DNA from: Candidatus Poribacteria bacterium
GTDB taxonomy: Bacteria > Poribacteria > WGA-4E > PCPOR2b
Length of the DNA stretch: 64,000 nucleotides
Reading direction: 5' to 3'
Assembly: GCA_965198175.1 (NCBI GenBank)
Contig: OZ240245.1
Coordinates: forward strand, 2,592,001 to 2,656,000
The stretch's first letter is position 1. Each line of letters opens with the position of its first letter. Below, piece by piece: positions 46,793 through 56,511 of the stretch. Position numbers and translations under genes: made by a program. The notes under the pieces were generated by a model. The model was not told the origin of the DNA. It ran no database searches and worked only from the letters and a program-made list of their open reading frames with translations.

Positions 46793-48805
46793 TTACGCAA
46801 CCACGAGCTTCATGTCCCAAGATTCGACAGCGGGCAAGACAAATTTGCGATACGGTCCATCCGCTCCACAATAGCGAATTAGAGTCTCAGCACAGCGCAT
46901 GTCGAACATGCTTATCTCCTTCAACGTTGTACGAAGCATGAGCGTGACATCCTCTGCCCGGTCGAGACATGAATTGGTGATCGCCAGTGCAAGTCCATTT
47001 TCTTCAGGTGTTCTGACCCACATATTAATCTTGTGAAAGGAACTAACATAAGCAGCAAGAGTATCCTTTGACAGCCAGCGCATTAGGTATTTGAGCTGAG
47101 ATGATTTCGAACCGTTCTGCAAAAACTTCCAGGGATAATACCCCGCAACACATATTCTTCCGCCTAGCTGGTTTTCGAATACGCCCATACAACAGGCAGC
47201 GACTTCCCGCCCGGTATAATCAACGATTCGCGCCAAGACCTCCGCATTTTCCCCGACCGGTTTAAGCACAGCAGCCGGGGACAGCCACACTAAGAACGAC
47301 TGCCTCGCATCTCGCCTGCGTCCAGCAAAACGCGCGTTGAGAAGATGATCCGTGAATTCTTCGATACAATCTTCATTCAGGAAACGCTCAACCTCAAAGC
47401 CGGTGAATTCGCCGTACCCCATTTCGTTTAGGCACATCAGGGCATCCGCGTCCATGTATACCCCCGAAGCTAGCATTTTTAACAGTTGCTCGTCTTTCAT
47501 AGCTAACACAGTGTCGCCGGACAGTGCGGTTACGCAAGCAAATTCGGGTGAATAGGCTGCGGGCAACCCAATTTCTAGCATTCCATCTGCATGGTACGCG
47601 CAGCTGCTTAAGATATTTCCGGCAAACCAATCGCCTTCCGCGATGTTGCTCGCCGCAAAAACATCCTTTCCCCAGCCGGTATAAATCCCCATCGGCTTTT
47701 CTCTTCTGAAATGCCTTACCAGTAGATCATAAAAAGTCCTTGTTTCCCAAAGTTTCGCTAAGAGCGGCTCGTATTCATCAAGCGGTTCATCATGTTGAGA
47801 TAACACATTGAAGGCAGCACCCGTACAACCTGCTGCGATATGCGACGCGGCTTCCAGCGCTGTCGTCGCCGCGCTTTTTTGCAGCCGTTGATACGGAAAG
47901 TTCTCTATCTCGGATTGTATTGACATTACGCTGTCTGGAAGCATCGAGACCTGTCTCCCAGCGTCATGGGACTTCCCGGCAAGCCCTCTCATGTTATCAT
48001 CGGAATAAAAGCCACCCCCCGGTCGCCACATTACTTCGGACTTGCTGTTGCCGGACAAAATTTCAGCCCACCGATGAAAGTCATACCCCTCAAGGAAGCG
48101 ATCTCCAGTCATAAACCCAAGTGGCAAATCAGGCTTCAAACGATGCACCGTGTGTTCTATCAATTCAAAGAGGCGGGCGATGGTATTACGATTATGTTGC
48201 AGCCACGCCATACGCACCTCCAGTTTTTGCTCGGTAGAACCGGTGTTAAAGGCATCTTTAAGTGTGCCCCTCGTATACTTGCCCCCAAACTCTTCTTCAA
48301 ATATGAGAAGACAATTATCACAAAAGCAGCCGTAACCGATGGGCATATGTCCAAATCGTACATCGTCGTCTATCCAGATATAGTCGGGCTGGGCGCCAGT
48401 TACGATTGTGTAAAGCTGCTTGATATAAGTTCTCATGCCTTCATCGTTGGGGCAAAATGACCCCCAGCAGATGTTGCCATTCATATCAGTCATGCGCGTA
48501 TAATCGGCAGAAAGAGAGTTCGGCAAATCTTCGTTGTGATGACCTATAGTAGCGAGGATGTTGATACCAGTTTTGTAGCCCATCGGTCGCAGTTGCGCCA
48601 TGCGTTCAGTCAGTATAGATACATGTTCCTCTATCGTCTCTAAAGCAAGTGGAACGTGAGTTTCCGAGGTAATGAATGTGACCTCATCGGTAAGTCCCTT
48701 GTACTTTTCAAATAACGCAACAAGCGCCCGAAAGCCTTTGTCCGATCCCCACTGGCTCTTACCTATCCTGAAGGAAACTATAGCGTTTTGAATTCCGTGT
48801 TTCAT
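46793..48805 (-). CDS. Hypothetical glycoside-hydrolase-like protein
   Basis: Long ORF; FCPND, YIWIDDDVR and CFCDNC resemble TIM-barrel GH42/GHL-like proteins. Confidence 0.55.
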   Translation of the reverse strand: MKHGIQNAIVSFRIGKSQWGSDKGFRALVALFEKYKGLTDEVTFITSETHVPLALETIEEHVSILTERMAQLRPMGYKTGINILATIGHHNEDLPNSLSADYTRMTDMNGNICWGSFCPNDEGMRTYIKQLYTIVTGAQPDYIWIDDDVRFGHMPIGYGCFCDNCLLIFEEEFGGKYTRGTLKDAFNTGSTEQKLEVRMAWLQHNRNTIARLFELIEHTVHRLKPDLPLGFMTGDRFLEGYDFHRWAEILSGNSKSEVMWRPGGGFYSDDNMRGLAGKSHDAGRQVSMLPDSVMSIQSEIENFPYQRLQKSAATTALEAASHIAAGCTGAAFNVLSQHDEPLDEYEPLLAKLWETRTFYDLLVRHFRREKPMGIYTGWGKDVFAASNIAEGDWFAGNILSSCAYHADGMLEIGLPAAYSPEFACVTALSGDTVLAMKDEQLLKMLASGVYMDADALMCLNEMGYGEFTGFEVERFLNEDCIEEFTDHLLNARFAGRRRDARQSFLVWLSPAAVLKPVGENAEVLARIVDYTGREVAACCMGVFENQLGGRICVAGYYPWKFLQNGSKSSQLKYLMRWLSKDTLAAYVSSFHKINMWVRTPEENGLALAITNSCLDRAEDVTLMLRTTLKEISMFDMRCAETLIRYCGADGPYRKFVLPAVESWDMKLVVA

Positions 48806-49239
48806 ATCAACCCCTTCCTTTCATTCGATCTCCCCAAGAACGTGCCGAAACAGCACAAATCACAACTTTGTTAAGTATACCATATTTGTAATCGGCGCAC
48901 AGCGGCAACGCTGCGCCTGAAAGTTTACCTATAACCGTCCCGTACTCTGATATAGGCCAGCCGAATCAATAAAACACTTGACAAAAGAGGAGCAGATAGG
49001 TTATGTTTGAGATGAAGTTAGCCGTCGCCCCATTTCTTGCATGTTGGAGACGATGACGACTTCTTCCTGATGCGTCGTTAGTTTAAAATGGAGTAATTTT
49101 CGGAAAAAAACAGGAATTCTGATTTTTGACTGTAATCATCCGATTTTTTGTGGACGTTCTAACGACTAACTGTATCATCAAGGCGATACATCCGGTCGTT
49201 CCCGCGAAATCTGTTAATACGTGAGCAAGAAGACAGACA

Positions 49240-50247
49240 ATGTTGTTTCCGAATCGATTTAGTCAATTTTTCCTGTTTCTGATGGCGCCTTTCCTTCTGA
49301 TATCCGCCTGCGGCGATGATGGTGTCGATAGATATGGAGGAAATTTCGCTCCGAGGATCGTTATCTTTGAGGCAGAATCTGACATTGTTGAACCCGGGGC
49401 GCAAGTTCGCATTACACTTGATGCCCGCGACATTGAGGGGCATAAGCTCACCGTCAGCTGGGATGCAGCAGGGGGTGACATCAACGGTGATGCTTCCGGT
49501 GCCGCTTGGACCGCTCCAGAGCGGGAACGAAAATACCAGATCGAAGTCAAGGTTAGCGATGGAGAAAAATCAACAACAAGCACCATTGATATCCAAGTGT
49601 GGCGGACGCGCCCCGGTGATTACTACCCGCTCGCGGTCGGAAATGTATGGCGGTATCGTGATGGTGAAGGGAACACGGTGATTTTTGAGATTGTTGATAC
49701 CATCCAGATTCATCTGCAAGACAGCGAACCCATCAAGAGTTATGTGCTTGAAAAATATAGCACTGATGAAGATCTCGAAGGCATTAGCAACTTCTCCTAT
49801 CTTGGCAGACAGATTGACGAAAGTGGGAATTTCCAAGGGATTGTTCAGCATGCTCAAAATGTTACATCGGGCGGACCAGATACAATTCTCTTCGTTCCAT
49901 TCCTGCCGCTCTACAACTTTCCACTGATTCCGGGCAACAGATGGAGAACAAATTTTGAGGCAAGATTGACCGGCGAATTGTTTCCAATTGGTGGCGGGAA
50001 CGATCAATTTGAGGTCATATCTGAGGAAACGGTAACTGTTCCTGCGGGCACGTTTGAACACGTTTTTCAAGTGCAGGAGACGTTCAAGTGGAGCATTTTT
50101 GAGCAAGATCTAGATACAACAATCGCCCAGAAGTGGCTCGCACCGGACGTTGGTATTATTAAATTCACTCAATCTCAGACTCGTGCTGGTGTAACCGTTG
50201 AAGTCGGATTTGAGCTAGAATCCTTTGAATTGGCAACTGGTGACTGA
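49240..50247 (+). CDS. Lipoprotein with Ig-like domain and DUF3108-like C-terminal domain
   Basis: Lipobox ISAC; YYPLAVGNVWRY, ETVTVPAGTF and WLAPDVGIIK. Confidence 0.7.
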   Translation: MLFPNRFSQFFLFLMAPFLLISACGDDGVDRYGGNFAPRIVIFEAESDIVEPGAQVRITLDARDIEGHKLTVSWDAAGGDINGDASGAAWTAPERERKYQIEVKVSDGEKSTTSTIDIQVWRTRPGDYYPLAVGNVWRYRDGEGNTVIFEIVDTIQIHLQDSEPIKSYVLEKYSTDEDLEGISNFSYLGRQIDESGNFQGIVQHAQNVTSGGPDTILFVPFLPLYNFPLIPGNRWRTNFEARLTGELFPIGGGNDQFEVISEETVTVPAGTFEHVFQVQETFKWSIFEQDLDTTIAQKWLAPDVGIIKFTQSQTRAGVTVEVGFELESFELATGD

Positions 50248-50266
50248 AAAGAGAAGTGTTTTACTT

Positions 50267-51346
50267 ATGAAACATCCGTTTGAAGAATCAACAGACCATA
50301 AACTACGCGGTAAGCAACACGAACTGCGCTTAGTTCCGCGTCTCAGCATCATTATTATTTTGGTTACACTCTTGAGTTGCACAGTCGCCGAGTCGGCAAG
50401 CAAATATGCGGGCGATTTCTTGACACTCGGTGTGGGCGCCCGACCGCTGGGCATGGGCGGCAGCTTCGCTGCAATCGCTGACGATTCTACCGCGGCTTAC
50501 TGGAATCCTGCAGGACTTGGGAGCCTGCGCCACTCTGAAATCGCTTTTATGCACTCCAGCCTCGGTGAATTAGATAGCTACGATTTCGTTAACTACATTC
50601 ATCCAATCGGCACAAATGAATCCATCGGACTTAGCTGGTTGCGTGTCGGTATTGACGATATTCCCATTACGAGCTTACGAGTGGCTTCGCGATCCATAGG
50701 CCCAACCAATCGTCCCGAAATTAGAGGGACTTTTAGTAACACCAACAACGCTTTCTTACTTTCCTACGGGAGACGAACCGGGTTTAACCTATCGTCGAAG
50801 CGAATAGATTTACTCGTCGGCGGCAACGCCAAGCTAATCTACATTTCCGCATTAGCAAACAGAAATGCAATCGGTGTTGGAGGGGATGTCAGCCTCCTCT
50901 GGACAACGGATCTCCAACGCTCTAGTCGATTTTCGATCGGCGTTGTCGCGCAAGATTTCTTCAAGACGAAATTATACTGGAACAACCCGCCTGAACATCC
51001 GGATCAAGCCGCGAACACGGATACAATCAATCCCAATCTTAAGATCGGCGTTTCTTTCGGTCAAGACATCGTGCCATTGAATAGCCGCGTTTTGTTGGCA
51101 GCCGATACCGATAGCCTTTACGCTTTTGAGATGCACTTCGGCGCCGAGTACATCTTCGCGGACCTGCTCTCGCTTAGAATCGGCGTGCAAGAGCGCAACG
51201 GTGTGAATACTATCCGGCTGATAACAGCGGGCGCCGGATTCCGTCTATCTTTCTTGACAGGCGCAGCTTTTTCCGTTGATTATGCTTTTCTTGGCAACGA
51301 TGAACTCGGAAATAGCAATAGAATTTCCCTGATGACAAGGTTCTAG
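50267..51346 (+). CDS. PorV/PorQ-family (FadL-like) outer-membrane barrel
   Basis: FLTLGVGARPLGMGG..AIADDSTAAYWNPAGL; C-terminal VDYAF...RISLMTRF; start uncertain. Confidence 0.8.
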   Translation: MKHPFEESTDHKLRGKQHELRLVPRLSIIIILVTLLSCTVAESASKYAGDFLTLGVGARPLGMGGSFAAIADDSTAAYWNPAGLGSLRHSEIAFMHSSLGELDSYDFVNYIHPIGTNESIGLSWLRVGIDDIPITSLRVASRSIGPTNRPEIRGTFSNTNNAFLLSYGRRTGFNLSSKRIDLLVGGNAKLIYISALANRNAIGVGGDVSLLWTTDLQRSSRFSIGVVAQDFFKTKLYWNNPPEHPDQAANTDTINPNLKIGVSFGQDIVPLNSRVLLAADTDSLYAFEMHFGAEYIFADLLSLRIGVQERNGVNTIRLITAGAGFRLSFLTGAAFSVDYAFLGNDELGNSNRISLMTRF

Positions 51347-51467
51347 TGGAACGTAGCGAAGGTTTTTGGTCTCTTCTGTTCTCCCTGCGCGCGGGGGACG
51401 ACAGATTCCGGATTACCGTTCCGAACGGTAGTTCCTACGGTGGCAAGGTACACGGTTTTCGTCATAT

Positions 51468-52721
51468 TCACGGCTCAAGAAAATCGTCCAGCGTAAATCT
51501 AATCCGATTAAATCTGTGAGCCAACGCGATTACTCTGCGCTTCACATCTTCGAGATTGTACCCACGAAGCGCATTGAAAATGCAATCAGCAATCTCCGGC
51601 GCATCTGCCGGGGTCATACCATAACGTGTAACCTCCTGTACACCAATGCGTAATCCGTGCGTTCCTAATTCCGCAGGAATGTCGGCGGATCCAACGATGA
51701 TATGACACGCCTCAAGCTGCCCAGCTAATGCTTTTCCCTCACCAAATTCATCGACAATCGGGAGGAGCGTATGTGATTCTGTGTACCCAAGCGCTGCCCC
51801 CACAAGACGAAGTCCGCGTTCCTCCAAAGCTTTGCCCAACGCTTTGGCATTATCAATGATTGCAGTCGCCTGAGCGTCTCCGAAAGTCAGCCACTCCAGA
51901 AATGTTGCCGCAAGTGCAGGCAAGCGACCGAGGTGATGATTCGCTATCAGCAAGGGAGCTATCGCTGATCCAATTCGCTCTGCGATAGATTTATCGTTGG
52001 TCAAAATCATGCCGCCTTGCGGTCCAGCGAGGGTTTTATGCGTGCTGGTAACAACAACGTCCGCGCCCTCATTTAACGGAGATTGAAACCGCCCACCGGC
52101 AATCAATCCCATGACATGCGCAGCGTCATAAATCAGGTATGAATCCGGACTGTATTTGCGCATTGCCGCTTTAAGTTCCCGTACCGGTTGAGGAAAGAGA
52201 AACAGCGCAGACCCAATGATGACGAGTTTAGGACTATGCTGTTGGATGAGAGAGACCGTCCGATCGAGGTCGATGTTGTACGTAAGCCCATCCCAAGGAA
52301 TCGAGATGGATTGGAGCTCTACTTTCAAGAAAGAGGAAGCCAATTTGTGCGCATAACGATGTGCATTGTGAACTTCCAAGGCGCTATCGCCAGGGCTCCC
52401 CAGCGCAAATGCAGCTGCAATCCCAGCAATGTTCCCAGACAATGGACGCAGATCAACATATGCCGCGCCGAAAAGTTGCTTTGCCAATTCATGGGCTGCC
52501 TCCTCGATTTGCACGATAAAGCGATTTCCCCGGTACGCACGCTGGTGTAAGTCGATACCAGTATAGTAGCCGTAGCGGCGATTCAGTTCCTCGGAAAGTA
52601 ATCTCTCAACCAATGGGCTCGGCGTATTTTCAGACGCGATAAGATTCAGACAGTCGCTTCGAAATGCGCTGTGTTTCTCCAATAGAGATCCAATCTCGTG
52701 AACTTTGCTAACGAAATCCAT
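51468..52721 (-). CDS. Serine hydroxymethyltransferase-like PLP enzyme (archaeal-type or transaldolase-like)
   Basis: LNLIASEN, YDAAHVMGLIAGG, STHKTLAGPQGG and GLRIGVQEVTRYG. Confidence 0.8.
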   Translation of the reverse strand: MDFVSKVHEIGSLLEKHSAFRSDCLNLIASENTPSPLVERLLSEELNRRYGYYTGIDLHQRAYRGNRFIVQIEEAAHELAKQLFGAAYVDLRPLSGNIAGIAAAFALGSPGDSALEVHNAHRYAHKLASSFLKVELQSISIPWDGLTYNIDLDRTVSLIQQHSPKLVIIGSALFLFPQPVRELKAAMRKYSPDSYLIYDAAHVMGLIAGGRFQSPLNEGADVVVTSTHKTLAGPQGGMILTNDKSIAERIGSAIAPLLIANHHLGRLPALAATFLEWLTFGDAQATAIIDNAKALGKALEERGLRLVGAALGYTESHTLLPIVDEFGEGKALAGQLEACHIIVGSADIPAELGTHGLRIGVQEVTRYGMTPADAPEIADCIFNALRGYNLEDVKRRVIALAHRFNRIRFTLDDFLEP

Positions 52722-52784
52722 AGAACTTCCTTAGTCCGCAGAGCGTTGTGTAATCTGAATTCATCAGAAGATAGACATCGCGCT

Positions 52785-53609
52785 CTACTCTTGTGTGCCT
52801 TCCGTCTTTGGTGGCATCACAACTATCTCGATTCGACGGTTTCTCGCTCTGCCCGCCGAGGTGTTGTTTGTATCGATTGGGTGGTAGTGGGCGTATCCGG
52901 CAGCCGCCAAACGGGTTGCATCCACCCCTGCGTGTTCTTGCAAGTAGCGCACTGCTGAAATTGCTCGCGCAGTTGATAAATCCCAATTCCCTAAGAGAGA
53001 TCCCCTGAATGCGCGATTGTCCGTGTGCCCTTCTACTCGAATCTCTCGATCCGGATAGCGGTTTAAGAACGTCTCTGAAATCTTGTCCAAGACCTGCTTG
53101 CCCTCAGTCTTAATCCTTGCTTCCCCAGAGTCAAACAAAATTTTATCCATCAGGTTCACGGTCAGCTTTCCCCGAAGCTCAGTAATCATGATTTCTTTAT
53201 TTTCAATCTCTTGGTGCAGGCTGTCAACAAGATCTTGATACTCTTCTTCTCTCTGCCTTTTTTCTTTGAGGAGTTTCTGCTTTTCGGCTTCCACCTGGGC
53301 TTTAGCTTTGCTCAGTTTGGTCACGTCTTGCTGGACTTCGGTGATTGTACCTTCCATTATCTTGATCCGGTATTTTTTCGCTTCGAGGTCACGCTGGGTT
53401 TTCTTCAAATTGCGTTGAAGGTCCTCAGACTTCTCCCGGCAGGCAGCTAAATTTGCCTGCTCTGTGAACAGTTCGGTTTCGGTCCGCTTAAACTTGACGC
53501 GATAATAACTGATCGACGCGGTGAGAAGAACCAAGATAAGCCCCGCAACGCCCCCAACTAGATATAACTGTTTCCTGCCCACCCGTTTTTCTTCCTCCAA
53601 CAGATTCAT
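52785..53609 (-). CDS. OmpA/MotB family protein with TM anchor and coiled coil
   Basis: LFDSGEA, VEGHTDN, NWDLSTARA and GRARNRRIEI. Confidence 0.9.
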   Translation of the reverse strand: MNLLEEEKRVGRKQLYLVGGVAGLILVLLTASISYYRVKFKRTETELFTEQANLAACREKSEDLQRNLKKTQRDLEAKKYRIKIMEGTITEVQQDVTKLSKAKAQVEAEKQKLLKEKRQREEEYQDLVDSLHQEIENKEIMITELRGKLTVNLMDKILFDSGEARIKTEGKQVLDKISETFLNRYPDREIRVEGHTDNRAFRGSLLGNWDLSTARAISAVRYLQEHAGVDATRLAAAGYAHYHPIDTNNTSAGRARNRRIEIVVMPPKTEGTQE

Positions 53610-53811
53610 TGTCCGCCTTGACTGCGGCGAGAAGCTAGTTTAGCATGGAGAGGTATTGGTGTCAAGTGGGAAAGCATACGGCGCTATCGCAAAATTTGTT
53701 GATCTCTAGCGGGATTTCTGTTACACTTTTGGTTGCGAGAGATACCGGGTCGGTATGATAATCTCATTTTTTTTTAGCGCATCTCTTATTCCCGACGGCT
53801 GATGTTTAACC

Positions 53812-54978
53812 ATGCGTATTCTCATGTTCAACTATGAATTCCCGCCAGTCGGCGGTGGTGGTGGATGGGTCACTTATTTCCTCGGCAAACAGTTTGTTGA
53901 AGCCGGACATGAGGTGCGGCTGATTACTTCTCGATATCGAGATTTGCCGAAAGAGGAAGCGATTGAGGGATTTCGTGTCTATCGCGTTCCTACGATGCGC
54001 AAAAGCAAGGACACTTGCGGCGTCCATGAGATGCTGACTTACGCAATCAGTTCAAGTATTTACGGTTTCAAGTGCATTAAACGCTTTCAGCCGGAGATAA
54101 TTCAAGTCTTTTTTGGGATTCCGTCGGGAGGCGGTCCGTATCTACTGCAAAAGGTATACGGTATCCCATACATCGTATTTCTCGGAGGACGTGATATTCC
54201 CAGCCGAAATCCTGATCCGCCTTATTATCGTCTATTGTACGGCTTACTTACCCCCGTGATTAGAGCAATCTGGGGTAATGCTGCTGCTGTGGTTGCGTGC
54301 AGCGACGGCTTGCGAGATTTAGCGCTCCACACGGAGCCGCATATAAATATCCAGACGATCCCAGATGGACTAGAATTGAGCCGATTCTCGACACCTCCGC
54401 GCGAAACGCACCCCGATCGTGTACGCATCTTGACAGTCGGACGACTCATCCCGCGGAAAGATGTTCAACTCCTAATCCGTGCACTTCCTCAAGTCATTCA
54501 GAGCACAACTCGTGATTTCGTAGTCGAAATTGTTGGAGATGGTCCCTGCGGTTCGGATCTCGTGAAATTGGCAAAGGAATTAGGTGTCATTCACAAAGTC
54601 CATTTCACCGGATCGGTTCCGTATTCGGAACTCCCTCGAAAATATCAGGGTGCGGATATTTTTGCACTCTGCTCGCTCGCTGAAGGGATGCCGCTTGCTG
54701 TGCTGGAGGCAATGGGGTCAGGTCTACCTGTTGTTGCTAGCCGGGTGCAAGGGGTTGAAGATCTCGTCAAAGTTGGAACGAACGGCTATCTCTTTACCGC
54801 TGGTGATGTCGATGCGCTAGCGAAAAACTTGACCGAACTAATTGTCGATGACGAACGTCGCTGCACGATGGGTAAAGCTAGCACTTTGCAGGTGCATCGG
54901 TACGACTGGAAAAATATCGCCCAGTCCTATTTGGAAATCTATGAACGTGTGAAGGGTGAGGGTGTAGATGCTAAGTAG
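53812..54978 (+). CDS. Glycosyltransferase family 4
   Basis: YEFPPVGGG, GRLIPRK and EGMPLAVLEAMGSGLPVV. Confidence 0.92.
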   Translation: MRILMFNYEFPPVGGGGGWVTYFLGKQFVEAGHEVRLITSRYRDLPKEEAIEGFRVYRVPTMRKSKDTCGVHEMLTYAISSSIYGFKCIKRFQPEIIQVFFGIPSGGGPYLLQKVYGIPYIVFLGGRDIPSRNPDPPYYRLLYGLLTPVIRAIWGNAAAVVACSDGLRDLALHTEPHINIQTIPDGLELSRFSTPPRETHPDRVRILTVGRLIPRKDVQLLIRALPQVIQSTTRDFVVEIVGDGPCGSDLVKLAKELGVIHKVHFTGSVPYSELPRKYQGADIFALCSLAEGMPLAVLEAMGSGLPVVASRVQGVEDLVKVGTNGYLFTAGDVDALAKNLTELIVDDERRCTMGKASTLQVHRYDWKNIAQSYLEIYERVKGEGVDAK

Positions 54979-55023
54979 ATTTACGGTCCAATTCCGCACA
55001 CGAAACTACTGAGGTATTACTTG

Positions 55024-56382
55024 ATGAGAGTTGCAATCATCGGCACCGGCTACGTAGGTCTAACGACGTGTGTAGCGATGGCATACCTAACCCACGAGGT
55101 CGTAGGGGTAGATGTAGACCCGCAGAAATTAAAGTCTTTACGTCGTGGAAAAAGTCCCATCCACGAACCAGGAGTCCAGATACTTCTAGATCAGGTCAGC
55201 CACAATATTTCCTTCACGGATAGCGTGCCAGATGCTGTAGGGAGCGCGGACATCATTATGATTGCAGTCGGCACACCTCCCAAACAGAATGGGGAGGCGG
55301 ACACGAGCTACGTCGAAGAGGCGGCGTGGGAAGTTGCTCAAGGGCTCCAACCCAATCGGAGGTATACTTTAGTCGTCAAGTCTACCGTGCCTATCGGGAC
55401 TAATCGCAGGGTAGCTCACGTGGTCGCTCGTGCACTTTCGGAACGCAAGGTAAAGACGAATGTCCATCTTGCTTCAAATCCGGAGTTTTTGCAAGAAGGC
55501 TTAGCCTTACGCGGTACTTTCTATCCCGATCGAATTGTCGTCGGCGTCGAAGATCCGCAAGGCGTTGAGGCGCTGCGCCGCCTGTATCGCCCAATACTTG
55601 AACAGACCTTCGATCCGCCGAGCTTTTTGCCGCGCGCCGAAGGATACAACCTACCACCTTTAATTACGACCGACCCAACCAGCGCCGAGATGATTAAGTA
55701 TGCTGCCAACACGTTCCTTACGCTCAAAATCAGCTTCATCAATGAAATTGCAGGACTCTGTGAGAAAGTAGGGGCGGATGTGACGGAGGTATCACGTGGA
55801 ATTGGGTTGGACACTCGCATCGGCCAACGTTTCCTCGAAGCGGGGCTCGGCTGGGGAGGCAGTTGCTTCCCCAAAGATACTGCCGCCCTGTTGGGCGTTG
55901 CAGCGGAATATGGCTACACCATGCAGATTGTTCAAGCTGCTCGTGAGGTCAACTGGAGGCAACGACAGTTGATTGTTGAGAAACTCCAATTCGCCCTTAA
56001 GATTCTGCGTGGTCGCACAATAGGTATACTGGGGTTGGCTTTCAAACCAAACACCGACGACGTTCGAGAAACGCCCGCATTGGATATTATCCGTGCACTA
56101 ATCGAACGCGGGGCGCATGTCCGTGCTCACGATCCAGTCGCTATTCCTCACGCTCAGCAATCCTTACAAGGACTGGGTGTGGAATTTGAGGAAGATGTTT
56201 ACTGCCTAGCAGATGGAGCGGACGCCCTAGTACTGGTTACAGCATGGGAAGTATACCACTCACTCAATCTAGCGGAGCTAGCCAAGCGGATGAAGAACTC
56301 CGTCTTAATTGACGGACGTAATTTTTTCGTCCCCAACGAGGCACATGCGGCTGGATTTGTGTACATGGGAATCGGTCGGTGA
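55024..56382 (+). CDS. ugd: UDP-glucose 6-dehydrogenase
   Basis: GTGYVG, KSTVPIG, NPEFL, GGSCFPKD and AFKPNTDDVRE. Confidence 0.93.
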   Translation: MRVAIIGTGYVGLTTCVAMAYLTHEVVGVDVDPQKLKSLRRGKSPIHEPGVQILLDQVSHNISFTDSVPDAVGSADIIMIAVGTPPKQNGEADTSYVEEAAWEVAQGLQPNRRYTLVVKSTVPIGTNRRVAHVVARALSERKVKTNVHLASNPEFLQEGLALRGTFYPDRIVVGVEDPQGVEALRRLYRPILEQTFDPPSFLPRAEGYNLPPLITTDPTSAEMIKYAANTFLTLKISFINEIAGLCEKVGADVTEVSRGIGLDTRIGQRFLEAGLGWGGSCFPKDTAALLGVAAEYGYTMQIVQAAREVNWRQRQLIVEKLQFALKILRGRTIGILGLAFKPNTDDVRETPALDIIRALIERGAHVRAHDPVAIPHAQQSLQGLGVEFEEDVYCLADGADALVLVTAWEVYHSLNLAELAKRMKNSVLIDGRNFFVPNEAHAAGFVYMGIGR

Positions 56383-56511
56383 TAACAGCCTCGCGCTTAT
56401 ACCTGCAAGGGATTTGGACGACAGTAACGAGGAACGGGCATAACGAGATTTTAGATTGACAAATCCGCATGGATTCTAGCATCTGTGCATAATGCTATGG
56501 GACACACGAAT

